A DNA stretch of 64,000 nt from a virus. Under the pieces are notes generated by a model. The model was not told the DNA's origin and did no database searches. It worked only from the letters and a program-made list of their open reading frames with translations. The stretch is taken from positions 64,001-128,000 of IMG/VR virus record IMGVR_UViG_3300009512_000010. The stretch is one strand, 5' to 3'. Made by a program: the position numbers and the translations under genes. Numbering within the stretch: position 1 is the first letter of the stretch; each line of letters starts with the position of its first letter. Positions 26,290-35,309 of this stretch are shown piece after piece.

Positions 26290-27353
26290 ACTATTTCCAA
26301 CGACTGAGCCTCAGTAAATAGGTCTCGCATGCTCATCTTTAATCGATCCTTGTCAAGTTCCGTTACGACATTTTCGATATAGGCGTCTAGTAAAACAGAA
26401 GTCTCTTCAGCCGATATACCTTCATCAGATACTTTGTCACCAAGAAACTCTTGAAAGGTCTCGGCAATCTTAAGATCATGAATGTCTCTGTTTTGTATTC
26501 TATCAACAAATCGATCAAATGTAAAGAGGTCAATCTTAGTTAATACGATTATCTTTACAAACTTGCCATCTACTTGACTGAAGTCGTATGCGTCATACTT
26601 ATCAGACTTATGAGAATCGTCATAATATATACGATGAAACAGAGTATGTGGATTACGCACTTCGGTAATCTCACGTGTTTCGGTATCTAATGTATGGAAG
26701 TATTTGTTGTCATGAGCATCAGACCAAGTGAACTCTAACTGAGATCCAAGGTAATGAATGTTGTCTTGATTCGATTTAGTGTGGAAGTGTCCAGACATAA
26801 CTAACTCAAACCTAGAGAACAATGCAGGATCCATACCTTTAGGGTTTACTACACCCTTCATCATATCAAAACCCTGTAGCTCTAGGTGACCACCCAAGAT
26901 ATCAGCCTTACAGTTTGCAATGAAGTCTAGGCTTTCAGCTTCGTTCTCATCACAAATCCAAGGCAACAATGCCATCTTCATACCATCGTAGTCCATCACT
27001 GTAGGTTTGTGTACAATGTGGATCTCATTCATATAGTGACCAAGTAGCTCTTTCAAGCTATTCAGTTCATTAGTATTCTTGAAGAATGTGTCATGGTTAC
27101 CACAGATGATGTCCATGGTAATGCCATAGTCTCTCAGTTTCGCAAGAAAGAACTGGCGGTTACGATTAAGAGCATTGAAGTTAATGAACTTTCTGTTATC
27201 AAAGTAATCACCAAGATGCACGATATGCTTAATATCATGCGCCAAAAGGTGAGGAAAGAATACATCAGTATAGAACTTCTCAGCATTATTGAGAAAGATA
27301 TCATCACTATTGCGCACCCCAAGATGGGTATCATTTAGAATTGCAATTTTCAT
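26286..27353 (-). CDS. 47: Recombination nuclease gp47 (Mre11/SbcD-like)
   Basis: DTHLG, HLGDYFD, GNHD, GHLE, SGHFH. Confidence 0.95.
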   Translation of the reverse strand: MKIAILNDTHLGVRNSDDIFLNNAEKFYTDVFFPHLLAHDIKHIVHLGDYFDNRKFINFNALNRNRQFFLAKLRDYGITMDIICGNHDTFFKNTNELNSLKELLGHYMNEIHIVHKPTVMDYDGMKMALLPWICDENEAESLDFIANCKADILGGHLELQGFDMMKGVVNPKGMDPALFSRFELVMSGHFHTKSNQDNIHYLGSQLEFTWSDAHDNKYFHTLDTETREITEVRNPHTLFHRIYYDDSHKSDKYDAYDFSQVDGKFVKIIVLTKIDLFTFDRFVDRIQNRDIHDLKIAETFQEFLGDKVSDEGISAEETSVLLDAYIENVVTELDKDRLKMSMRDLFTEAQSLEIV

Positions 27354-27359
27354 TATAAA

Positions 27360-27965
27360 TTAGTCCTTATCGTTTAGGAACTCACTAAGATCAGAATCGG
27401 CTTTAACTTCTCGCTTCTTACGTTTCTTCTCCGCTTTAACAAACTCTTTAACAACACTATCGTTCTCTTTGACCTTTTCGATACGATCTTTCAAGATATC
27501 AACATAGTTAGTACCAACCAACCTACTGAACTCTTCAGACATGTCTAGGCTCATAAACGCTTCAACGCCTTGAGTTGTCATAAATTTGTACTTAATGTCT
27601 TGTTGTTTCTTCTCTTTAGCGATCCGTCGAAGGAATGCATACCAAGAGATCTGAGTGAAGTACGCAAACGCATTGGGTTTACCTGTACGTGTAGCCGCCT
27701 CAATGTTGTAATTTTCAACTGCACGTAAACAATTCTCAACTGCATCCATAACCATCTCTTCACGGTAAGTGTACCGAATGAAGTTAGATTTGTGAGACAG
27801 TCCTTCAGCAATCTTTAGAAAGCATTGAGCAATGTAATTAGGAACAATAGGTAGTGCAACCTCATTGTCCTTAGCAATCATAACAGTCTTCACATACTCA
27901 ACAACAGACGCAGAAAACTCTGCATTGTTAACGTAGTGAATACTAGCTCTTTTGGTTCGTGCCAT
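27360..27965 (-). CDS. 55: Late-transcription sigma factor gp55
   Basis: HYVNNAEF, NFIRYTYREEMVMDAVENC, NAFAYFTQI...AFLRRIAKEKKQ. Confidence 0.95.
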   Translation of the reverse strand: MARTKRASIHYVNNAEFSASVVEYVKTVMIAKDNEVALPIVPNYIAQCFLKIAEGLSHKSNFIRYTYREEMVMDAVENCLRAVENYNIEAATRTGKPNAFAYFTQISWYAFLRRIAKEKKQQDIKYKFMTTQGVEAFMSLDMSEEFSRLVGTNYVDILKDRIEKVKENDSVVKEFVKAEKKRKKREVKADSDLSEFLNDKD

Positions 27966-27989
27966 TAGTGGCTCCTTTCAATTACAATT

Positions 27990-28018
27990 ATTGTACCACA
28001 TATGACACAGGTTGTAAA
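27990..28018 (-). promoter_or_regulatory. Sigma70-type promoter of gp55
   Basis: TTTACA-17-TACAAT. Confidence 0.7.
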
Positions 28019-28030
28019 GCATAAAATAGA

Positions 28031-28118
28031 GTTGTACTTTGATGCCTACAAAGTATAACTAATGCCTGCATGTTGTACTTTGATGCCTACAAAGTATAAC
28101 TAATGCCTGCATGTTGTA
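28031..28118. repeat. Tandem 41-bp direct repeat (two copies plus a partial); each copy holds an 11-bp inverted repeat
   Basis: GTTGTACTTTG-ATGCCTA-CAAAGTATAAC-TAATGCCTGCAT at 28031-28071 and 28072-28112, then GTTGTA. Confidence 0.95.
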
Positions 28119-28127
28119 TTTTAGGGG

Positions 28128-28156
28128 TTGACAGAATCGCTATTCTATAGTATAAT
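28128..28156 (+). promoter_or_regulatory. Consensus sigma70 promoter with no downstream sense ORF
   Basis: TTGACA-17-TATAAT firing antisense into 28190..28594 and uvsW. Confidence 0.75.
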
Positions 28157-28189
28157 AAAGTAACACTTTGGGAAACAGGGGAGAGAGTA

Positions 28190-28594
28190 TTAATGCATCT
28201 TATCTTTGCGATTCCTTAAAAAGGAAATGATGTTATCTTTCTCTTCTTCTGTCACTACAGACAGGCTTTCCTCTATAGATTCCTCAACAGCCTCTTCTAG
28301 ATTCATATCTATTTGAAGAAACTTAACTGTTTCTGTGTAGTTATCTATAGTCTCTGGTGCGGGCTGTGCATCAAGAGTGATGTGTCCAGCATTCAAAACC
28401 ATAATCATATCATGTTGTACTTGTTGTAGCATCCACGGACGCATAGAGCACATACGATGCTCATCCTTCATCACATAGTGTATGACTAGGGCATTCTTAA
28501 TGACAACCTCATCAGATTCATCACTGTTCCAATCTATTACGTCACAGACAATCTCAGACCCATCTACTAGCTTAAACTGTCTTATATCACTCAT
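28190..28594 (-). CDS. Hypothetical protein downstream of uvsW
   Basis: 134-aa ORF, KLVDGSEIVC N-terminus, ATGA-coupled to uvsW. Confidence 0.7.
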   Translation of the reverse strand: MSDIRQFKLVDGSEIVCDVIDWNSDESDEVVIKNALVIHYVMKDEHRMCSMRPWMLQQVQHDMIMVLNAGHITLDAQPAPETIDNYTETVKFLQIDMNLEEAVEESIEESLSVVTEEEKDNIISFLRNRKDKMH

Positions 28595-30105
28595 TGTTTT
28601 AGTTCCACTTCATATATTTTGTGCTTAAATGATTCCCTTGCGTATATCTTAACACGTTCTGCCGAATGTAAAAGGGTGTAATTCTTTCGGCTCTTCCAGT
28701 GTAAATCATCTGCAATATCATATAACTGTGTAGTCGATCCATCATCTGAGTTACGCAGTCCACGTCCGATAGACTGTAGGACTTTAACCTGTGACTTAGA
28801 CGGTGATGCAAACACAATGTTATGTAGGTTACGAATATTGATCCCTGTAGAGAACGTACCTAAACTTGCTACAATGATTGCATTCTTTTGTGTTTCAATG
28901 ATTTGCCTGATTGCTTCCCTATCATTAGTATCTACCTCACCAGACACAAAGAAGATCTTACGCTTACTGTGTGCTTTGTTCTTAATTAACTCATATAGTA
29001 CTTTACCATGCTTTTCAACATATTGAAAGAGAACTAACGTGTTCCCACTCTGATCTAAAGCTAGGTTAGTGATTAAGCGGTTTCTTGCTTCATTTTTTAC
29101 GATAAAGTCTAGTTCCGCATGGTAGTCTTTCTTACCCCAAGCCTTTCTAACATCTTCTGGATATTTAAGTAATAGAACCTTAATATCTAACGGTGCTAGT
29201 GTATTATCGTCTTGAAGCTTCTTTGTGGTTGTAACATTATATATACGTCCAAATAGTCCTTCTAACACCAACTTGTGTGTTTTAGTTCCATCAAGTGTAC
29301 CTGTTGTACCAAATCTATACTCAGCTTCTCTACTCTTATTCATGATGCCAGTAAGCGACTTGGATTTAAAGTTGTGTACCTCATCTCCAAAGATGGTGCC
29401 AAACTGTTCAAACCATACTCCAGGTAATTTGTAGATAGACTGCCATGTCGATACGAATACACGTTGGCTCATGTTCATCTTAGGTTTACCAGAATAGATC
29501 CTGTGCACTTCCTTCTCTACATCAAAGCTCTCGTCATAGGTTGAGTAGTCTTCGAAATCTGCATACATCTGTTGCACCAAGGATGTTGTGGGAACAACAA
29601 CCAACACCTTCTTAGTGGAGTTCTGTAGCATCCACCGCATCAGCATATAGATGATCAATGACTTACCAGATCCTGTTGGTGATAGTAGAATGGCTCTTTT
29701 ACGATGAACAGCCTCTACCATTGCCTCTAATTGGTATTCTCTAGGAGCAATCTTATTACCCCGACTTGTTAACTTTAGTCCTTTTACGAAGTTGATTAGA
29801 TCATCAAAGTCGATATCATTAACCGAGTCAGGTCTACCATAGTACGAATCGTGCTCAATTTCAATCACATAGCCACGTGCTTTGGCGAACTCTTCTACGT
29901 ATGAGAACAGGCCAATGGGCAACTCGCATGACTGAGAATTAAAGAGTCGGATCTTTCCATCCCACATCTTATTCCTATACGATGGTACGAACTTGTATCC
30001 TGGCACATAGAATGAGAAGAAGTCAACTAATTCATTTGCTATTCCGGGTATTGTGTGTACAAGACATACAGATTGATTCTTTTGGGTTATTACTAATTTA
30101 TCCAC
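28591..30105 (-). CDS. uvsW: DNA helicase UvsW
   Basis: WDGKIRLF, PREYQ, SPTGSGKS, GDEVH, QSIGRGLR. Confidence 0.95.
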   Translation of the reverse strand: MDKLVITQKNQSVCLVHTIPGIANELVDFFSFYVPGYKFVPSYRNKMWDGKIRLFNSQSCELPIGLFSYVEEFAKARGYVIEIEHDSYYGRPDSVNDIDFDDLINFVKGLKLTSRGNKIAPREYQLEAMVEAVHRKRAILLSPTGSGKSLIIYMLMRWMLQNSTKKVLVVVPTTSLVQQMYADFEDYSTYDESFDVEKEVHRIYSGKPKMNMSQRVFVSTWQSIYKLPGVWFEQFGTIFGDEVHNFKSKSLTGIMNKSREAEYRFGTTGTLDGTKTHKLVLEGLFGRIYNVTTTKKLQDDNTLAPLDIKVLLLKYPEDVRKAWGKKDYHAELDFIVKNEARNRLITNLALDQSGNTLVLFQYVEKHGKVLYELIKNKAHSKRKIFFVSGEVDTNDREAIRQIIETQKNAIIVASLGTFSTGINIRNLHNIVFASPSKSQVKVLQSIGRGLRNSDDGSTTQLYDIADDLHWKSRKNYTLLHSAERVKIYARESFKHKIYEVELKQ

Positions 30106-30547
30106 CAGCTTCGAACTGCCTCCATTTAATCATGTTACCAATTGTTTGATGTCTCCAATTGATATTAGTAACGATTTCCTTAAGTGCTTCTACGTTAGTC
30201 TGTCGCAGTGTGATTAGTTCCACAGTCTTTTGGATATCAGTGTCAGCATCATAGTAGTAGTCCATCTCCCCCTTAAGAACTTTAAGACCATTGAACGGAT
30301 CGTATTCCCAACCCAAATCTTCAATTTGGTCTTGAGTTAGCTTACCATTATAGTAGAGCCACTTTTTCTTTAACAGTGATTTTTGTGAAAGTTCTGCCTT
30401 CTTCAACTGCAACTTGGCAATTGATAGAAGTTCTAGATACTTTGCGTGTAGTGTTGGTGAATTTCTACTAGTCTCATCTAGGTTGAATTGCTCAATAACA
30501 CTATCGGTTTTCCACATTTCCAGAACAGTTTCTAGGTTCATTATCAA
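30098..30547 (-). CDS. uvsY: Recombination mediator UvsY
   Basis: LHAKYL, WLYYNGK, YYDADTDI, IGNMIKWRQFEAG. Confidence 0.9.
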   Translation of the reverse strand: MIMNLETVLEMWKTDSVIEQFNLDETSRNSPTLHAKYLELLSIAKLQLKKAELSQKSLLKKKWLYYNGKLTQDQIEDLGWEYDPFNGLKVLKGEMDYYYDADTDIQKTVELITLRQTNVEALKEIVTNINWRHQTIGNMIKWRQFEAGG

Positions 30548-30574
30548 ACTCCATAATCATTTTATATACCTTAT

Positions 30575-31063
30575 CTATACGATATCAAAGTAGGTAAAAC
30601 TGAACGATATCGGCGCAGTGATGTATTGCACATCCGCCGCATTAGCAGTTAAGTTTACACTCCCAAGCAAAGTTGGGACGCAGTCTCTGTAGATGAATTT
30701 GTTCGTTGTGTTGTTGTGGCTAGACAGTATGGACAGTGTAATGTCGGCTACTGAAGAAACTCCTGCATCACTCGCACGAACATCTTTAGTCTCAACCAAG
30801 CGTTCTAACCATGTGTACATTTCTTTATAACCACTCATGTCCTCATCTAATAGGATCTCCATAGTCAATTCGTCATACAGGATCTTATCACCAGCAGTAT
30901 GAATTGCGACACGACTATACTGTACCTCAGTCTGTGCTACAGATACTGATGGGTGTACTACCGATTGAACAAAGAACTCAAGGTTAGGATAGTTTTTCCT
31001 ATTGATTGATATCTTGTATCCAGTTGGTTGTAAGAAGTTCTCGTTCTTGGTTAAAGTTGCCAT
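30575..31063 (-). CDS. 3: Tail completion/sheath stabilizer gp3
   Basis: NFLQPTGY, YDELTMEILLDEDM, YRDCVPT, FSFTYF; synteny. Confidence 0.85.
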   Translation of the reverse strand: MATLTKNENFLQPTGYKISINRKNYPNLEFFVQSVVHPSVSVAQTEVQYSRVAIHTAGDKILYDELTMEILLDEDMSGYKEMYTWLERLVETKDVRASDAGVSSVADITLSILSSHNNTTNKFIYRDCVPTLLGSVNLTANAADVQYITAPISFSFTYFDIV

Positions 31064-31072
31064 GGTCTTTCC

Positions 31073-31432
31073 TTAGAATTGTGGGACAGCTAGAGCATCG
31101 ATGTCGAAGTTTACGCTAACTCCACATCCACAACTACTCTTAGCGTTGGGGTTATTGACTTCAAAGTTGCTTCCTGTGAGACTTTGCACATAGTCAACTT
31201 CAGTGCCAATTAGAAACATAACACTAGCTGTGCTAATTACGAAGTTACCAGACTCACATTCAATGACTTCATCTTGAGGGTTTACTTCATCCGATTGCAT
31301 TGTACCCCAATCATACTCAAATCCTGCGCAACCACCACCTTTAAGGTTTAGGCTAATCGCATAACAATCGTTCTCAATACAAAGCCTACTAATCTGTGCA
31401 TCTGCTTTGGGGGTGACTGTGCATATAGTCAT
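31073..31432 (-). CDS. A-type Fe-S cluster carrier (IscA/SufA/HesB family)
   Basis: GGGCAGFEY, GTEVDY, NPNAKSSCGCGVS; start refined to 31432. Confidence 0.92.
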   Translation of the reverse strand: MTICTVTPKADAQISRLCIENDCYAISLNLKGGGCAGFEYDWGTMQSDEVNPQDEVIECESGNFVISTASVMFLIGTEVDYVQSLTGSNFEVNNPNAKSSCGCGVSVNFDIDALAVPQF

Positions 31433-31453
31433 ATAGGTTCTCCTCTTCATGTC

Positions 31454-31461
31454 TATTTATA
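31454..31461 (-). promoter_or_regulatory. T4 late promoter
   Basis: TATAAATA upstream of the iscA-like gene and gp3. Confidence 0.75.
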
Positions 31462-31475
31462 CTCAAAAATAATGC

Positions 31476-31504
31476 TTGACTGTGCATTTCGAATCATATA
31501 TAAA
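31476..31504 (+). promoter_or_regulatory. Sigma70-type early promoter
   Basis: TTGACT-17-TATAAA. Confidence 0.65.
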
Positions 31505-31534
31505 GATGGTATAGCAACAGAGAAAGAGATCGAC

Positions 31535-31732
31535 ATGCACAAGAAAAACAGTTATTTCTTTGAGTCAAAAGAAGAAGCGCAAAAGTATATGGAAGGGTTT
31601 AATATGCCAAATACTGGACGCCCTGATCGTGACACATATGTAACAGGACCTTTCGATCATGATAGCGGTCACCAAGTTGGAGACCCAAAACGTCAAGTCG
31701 GGTTTGCTGTCGAAGTTGAAATCTATAAGTAA
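31535..31732 (+). CDS. Small hypothetical protein, opposite orientation to its neighbours
   Basis: ATG 31535 after a purine-rich leader; has its own promoter and terminator. Confidence 0.6.
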   Translation: MHKKNSYFFESKEEAQKYMEGFNMPNTGRPDRDTYVTGPFDHDSGHQVGDPKRQVGFAVEVEIYK

Positions 31733-31737
31733 ATTGC

Positions 31738-31781
31738 AAAAAAAAGGCTATCGCCTTAGTTGATACCTAGAAGCGATAGCC
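31738..31781 (-). terminator. Terminator downstream of gp23
   Basis: GGCTATCGC...GCGATAGCC stem with a U-run on the minus strand. Confidence 0.6.
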
Positions 31782-31792
31782 AGTAATGATGT

Positions 31793-31819
31793 GGGTGGGG
31801 TTTGATCCCCACCCTTTTT
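31793..31819 (+). terminator. Terminator for the plus-strand gene
   Basis: GGGTGGGG-TTTGAT-CCCCACCC-TTTTT. Confidence 0.75.
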
Positions 31820-31826
31820 GTTATGT

Positions 31827-33143
31827 TTATGCAGAAACCATGATGTTGTCTACACGGAAGATTCTGTAGTATTGGTTAGTCTTAGCAGTTGCCAAGCCAT
31901 CACGTCCAGAAGCCGCACCAACGAATGGGTTAGAAACCATGCCGTAGCGTGTTTTGAAACCGATTTTTGGTTGGAAGTTATCTTCACCAACAGCCCGCAT
32001 CATTGTAAGCGGTACGTATGGGCAATAGAATACACCAGCATCGTATGGGTTTGTGCCTTTATAGCCTACAGTTACGTAGTCTACTGTTGCATATGGATCG
32101 ATGTACACTTTTGTACGTCCGTTAAGAACACCAGCAAACAAGTTACCTGTGTCATCTACGTTCAAGTTAGCCGCAATAGCTGGAGCGTAATCCAACATGC
32201 CAGCCGCCGCTAGTGCAGAAGCAACATCAGAAGAACACATAACTACGTTACCTTTTCCTCTACGTGTTTCTTTAGCAATTGCGTTTGCTTCACGTTCGAT
32301 TTGTACCATCAAACCTTTAAACTTCTCAGCAGACCAACGACCATCAGCATCTGTGCTCATGTTGAAGATACCACGTACTGCAACGTTAGACTGTTGTGCA
32401 CCTGATTTAGCTTGTGAGTTGATTGTACGGATTACTTCACGGTTCATTTCGCTCAAGATTTCAGTTGACAAGATGTTTGCCAATTCTGTTTCAGCATCCA
32501 AACCATGGATTGCTTTCAAGTCTTGTGCTAGTTCTAGTGAGTACTCAGCTTTCAAAGCACGTGATTTTGCAGTCACTGTTGCTTTTTCGATTGAGAAGCC
32601 CATTTCAGCAAAAGCGTTACCAGCGGCATCGCCAAGTGCTTCAGCAGAGTCTGTATCCATTCCGCCACCTGCAAGTGCAGTCAAACGGTCTGAGTCAATT
32701 GTTTTCACATCGTTTGCGTTTGCAACGTCAAGACCTGATGGGCTTGATGGTTGTGCGGCAGAGTTCTGTGTACCTGAGAAGCGTGTATCTGCTTCGTTGA
32801 ACAAAGCTTCTGTACCACCTTGTGATGTGTACTTTGACTTCATTGCGAAGATCAAGCCTGTTGGACCTGACATTGGCTGAACACCAGCAAGGTCATATGC
32901 CAACATGTTTGGAGCGGCACGACGAACTAGTGAGATCAAGATTGGATCCCAGTTTGCTACGTTTGAGCCTGTTGCGTTAGTCGGTGCGGCTTCAGTCAAC
33001 TGACGCTCTTCAAGAAGAGCCTTTTCAGTGTTTTCCAAAAGAGCGGCAGTTACCGAGCGTTTGTGTGAGTCTGTAATGGAACCAGCAGTTTCTTCGTTAA
33101 GAACTGGTGACCATTTTTCGACTAGGTTGTCGTATGTATTCAT
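31827..33143 (-). CDS. 23: Major capsid protein gp23
   Basis: GVQPMSGPTGLIFAM, KSRALKAEYSLELAQDLKAIHGLDAE, FYCPYVPL, FQPKIGFKTRYG. Confidence 0.98.
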   Translation of the reverse strand: MNTYDNLVEKWSPVLNEETAGSITDSHKRSVTAALLENTEKALLEERQLTEAAPTNATGSNVANWDPILISLVRRAAPNMLAYDLAGVQPMSGPTGLIFAMKSKYTSQGGTEALFNEADTRFSGTQNSAAQPSSPSGLDVANANDVKTIDSDRLTALAGGGMDTDSAEALGDAAGNAFAEMGFSIEKATVTAKSRALKAEYSLELAQDLKAIHGLDAETELANILSTEILSEMNREVIRTINSQAKSGAQQSNVAVRGIFNMSTDADGRWSAEKFKGLMVQIEREANAIAKETRRGKGNVVMCSSDVASALAAAGMLDYAPAIAANLNVDDTGNLFAGVLNGRTKVYIDPYATVDYVTVGYKGTNPYDAGVFYCPYVPLTMMRAVGEDNFQPKIGFKTRYGMVSNPFVGAASGRDGLATAKTNQYYRIFRVDNIMVSA

Positions 33144-33158
33144 TGGAATAATTCCCTT

Positions 33159-34172
33159 TTACTTTTGAGATTTTCTGATTGCAGAAAGGTAGGTTTGCAT
33201 CACGTCTGAAGTTGCTTCGGAGATTGCATCAGATGCATCGTCTACAGTTTCTTCTGCGATAGTGGATTCAATTGCTTCTGGTTTGAAATTTGCTTCCTTC
33301 ACGATTGCAACTTTTTCTGCAAACGATTCAGCATCATGGAATTCAAAACCTTCAACTAATTTGGTTAGTTTTTCAACTTGGGTATCTGCCAAACCTTTAG
33401 ATGCTTCAGCAATAACTGCTTCACGTCTAAATGTGTCTAGCTCTACAGACAATGACATTGCTTCTTCAGTGCGCTCGTTAATTGCTGTTTCCAGTTCTTT
33501 AACTTGCTCAGATAGATCGTCAACTAGGTCGAGTTTCTCATCTGGTACTGCAATGTAAGATTCGGTGAATACGTCTTTCAACTTCTCCATGAATCCTTCT
33601 GCGATTTCTGTGCGAAGTCCTGATTGAATGGCAACTTTGTTGTCCTCAACCCATGACTCAACTACATAGTTTAGGTAGCTATCAACTTGTTCAGCCAATT
33701 CAGCTTTCTGTGTAGAAAGTTCTTCAGCTAATTCAGTTGCATAAGTTTCTTCCAGACGATCAATTTCCTCTGTAAGCTTGGCTTTAATAGCAGATTCAAA
33801 GATAATGCTGGTTTTAGTCTTGAACTCTTCGGAAAGAGTTGCTTCAGACTCAACTAATGCATCAAGCTCGTTAGTATAGTTGAATTCTACTGCACTAGCT
33901 TCTGCTACTGCGGTTCCTTCAGCGTCTACTTCTTCGCCCATCATTTTACTGTAAGACGCTTGAAGATCTGTTTTCTTCATCTTCGAAATCTTACCGTACA
34001 TTGCATTAATCATTCCAGCTTTGGTCTTTGGTGCCGCCGCCTGTGTTGTTGCTTTTGCGGCTTTATCGACAGAGTCGACAGAGTTCGCTTCAGCGTTTTT
34101 TGGATCATGAGCTTCTTCCACAACGTTCTCGTCATGGAGTTCTGCATCGATGATCTGAGTTTCTTCAGACAT
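33159..34172 (-). CDS. 22: Prohead core scaffold gp22
   Basis: Acidic coiled-coil; LSEEFK, YLNYVVESW; between gp21 and gp23. Confidence 0.9.
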   Translation of the reverse strand: MSEETQIIDAELHDENVVEEAHDPKNAEANSVDSVDKAAKATTQAAAPKTKAGMINAMYGKISKMKKTDLQASYSKMMGEEVDAEGTAVAEASAVEFNYTNELDALVESEATLSEEFKTKTSIIFESAIKAKLTEEIDRLEETYATELAEELSTQKAELAEQVDSYLNYVVESWVEDNKVAIQSGLRTEIAEGFMEKLKDVFTESYIAVPDEKLDLVDDLSEQVKELETAINERTEEAMSLSVELDTFRREAVIAEASKGLADTQVEKLTKLVEGFEFHDAESFAEKVAIVKEANFKPEAIESTIAEETVDDASDAISEATSDVMQTYLSAIRKSQK

Positions 34173-34183
34173 GCTGTACTCCT

Positions 34184-34846
34184 TTACATGCTTTTTGTTT
34201 TGAGTAACGAGAGGAAATTCTTAAACTCACGTGTTTGAGCCTCATAGAGGTCAGCACGTGGAGCCTTCTTAATCTCAGTCTCCATTCTTTCAATTTCTCT
34301 TGCTTCGATTACGCCGTTATTCCAAACCCAGTCCACACCTTCCATTATTCCATTTACGAAAGCTTGCGGGGCGGATGGATCTTGTACAATATCAACTGTA
34401 TTTAGAATGAAATCGTCTTTGACCATTGTTACGCCGTTTCTCTGTTCGAGACTACCCATACCACGAGTTGACACACCTAGTTGAACACCACCATCCAGCA
34501 GACCTTTTACAATCTTACCCATAGGTGTATCCAATATTTGCGCCTTACCCATCACATTATCACCAGCCCATTCGAGCTTGGTGATTAGATGGGATACCTT
34601 GTCTAAGTTAACAGTTGGACCTTCGGGGTGATTTAACTCACCAACTGCTCTCTTAGTCATTACTTGATCCGTAACGTATTTATCTACTGCCTTCTCCATT
34701 ATGGCTTTAGGGTAGATACGCCCATTACGGTTTTTTGATTCAGCCATTGCAAAGATACCTTCGATAACATACGATTTCTCGCCTTTATCGTTAGCCTCGA
34801 CTATGCATTGCACATCGGTCTCAGTATACTCTGTAATTAGCTTCAT
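34184..34846 (-). CDS. 21: Prohead protease gp21
   Basis: NRNGRIYP, GELNHP, GVSTRGMGS, DIVQDPSAP. Confidence 0.96.
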   Translation of the reverse strand: MKLITEYTETDVQCIVEANDKGEKSYVIEGIFAMAESKNRNGRIYPKAIMEKAVDKYVTDQVMTKRAVGELNHPEGPTVNLDKVSHLITKLEWAGDNVMGKAQILDTPMGKIVKGLLDGGVQLGVSTRGMGSLEQRNGVTMVKDDFILNTVDIVQDPSAPQAFVNGIMEGVDWVWNNGVIEAREIERMETEIKKAPRADLYEAQTREFKNFLSLLKTKSM

Positions 34847-34866
34847 GTTCTTGTGTCCTAATGTTC

Positions 34867-34921
34867 TATTTATACTATTTATACATTTTAGAACTTGTAG
34901 TTATATATAACTTTATTTATA
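34867..34921 (-). promoter_or_regulatory. Three T4 late promoter boxes upstream of gp21
   Basis: TATAAATA at 34867-34874, 34876-34883 and 34914-34921. Confidence 0.75.
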
Positions 34922-35309
34922 ACCAAATTCTTTGTGGGGCAGAAGGTGTCACGCCATGTGACGTGTCCAATGCTTCCACTGCTTCTCTAACTTCATCACC
35001 CACTAAACGGATATTCACGTGCCAACCATCTAAGGCTTGTATCTCAGGATACTCCATGTCATTATCATCTGTCAGTGTATTGCCTGTAGGTTCGCTTAGT
35101 GTTCCCACAACATCAATAGCATAGTTAGATGTGTTTGACACTAGGTAAGGATCGCCTACGTTTGTAGTGGTCTCCTCGCCTGTATCCTCGTTTACTGTAG
35201 TTTCAGTGTCTTGTGTATAGAAGTCTGATAATACTGTAGTCATTGCGGCTTCGTTAGCTAACTTTAAATAAAAGTCAATCTTTATTGTTTCTAATTCTTC
35301 AATGCTCAT
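34917..35309 (-). CDS. Fibre-associated small protein
   Basis: AIDVVGTL...GWHVNIR...P-x-x-P-x-RIW; ATGA-coupled to the fibre gene. Confidence 0.55.
   Translation of the reverse strand: MSIEELETIKIDFYLKLANEAAMTTVLSDFYTQDTETTVNEDTGEETTTNVGDPYLVSNTSNYAIDVVGTLSEPTGNTLTDDNDMEYPEIQALDGWHVNIRLVGDEVREAVEALDTSHGVTPSAPQRIWL

Noticed and set aside
28031-28118. Possible CRISPR mini-array (palindromic 29-nt GTTG...AAC unit)
   Set aside because: The intervening 12-nt sequences are identical and too short to be spacers, and no cas genes are present; treated as a tandem repeat
32197-32880. 227-aa plus-strand ORF, and many similar antisense ORFs in the track
   Set aside because: Shadow frames of well-supported minus-strand genes such as gp23; no RBS or motifs
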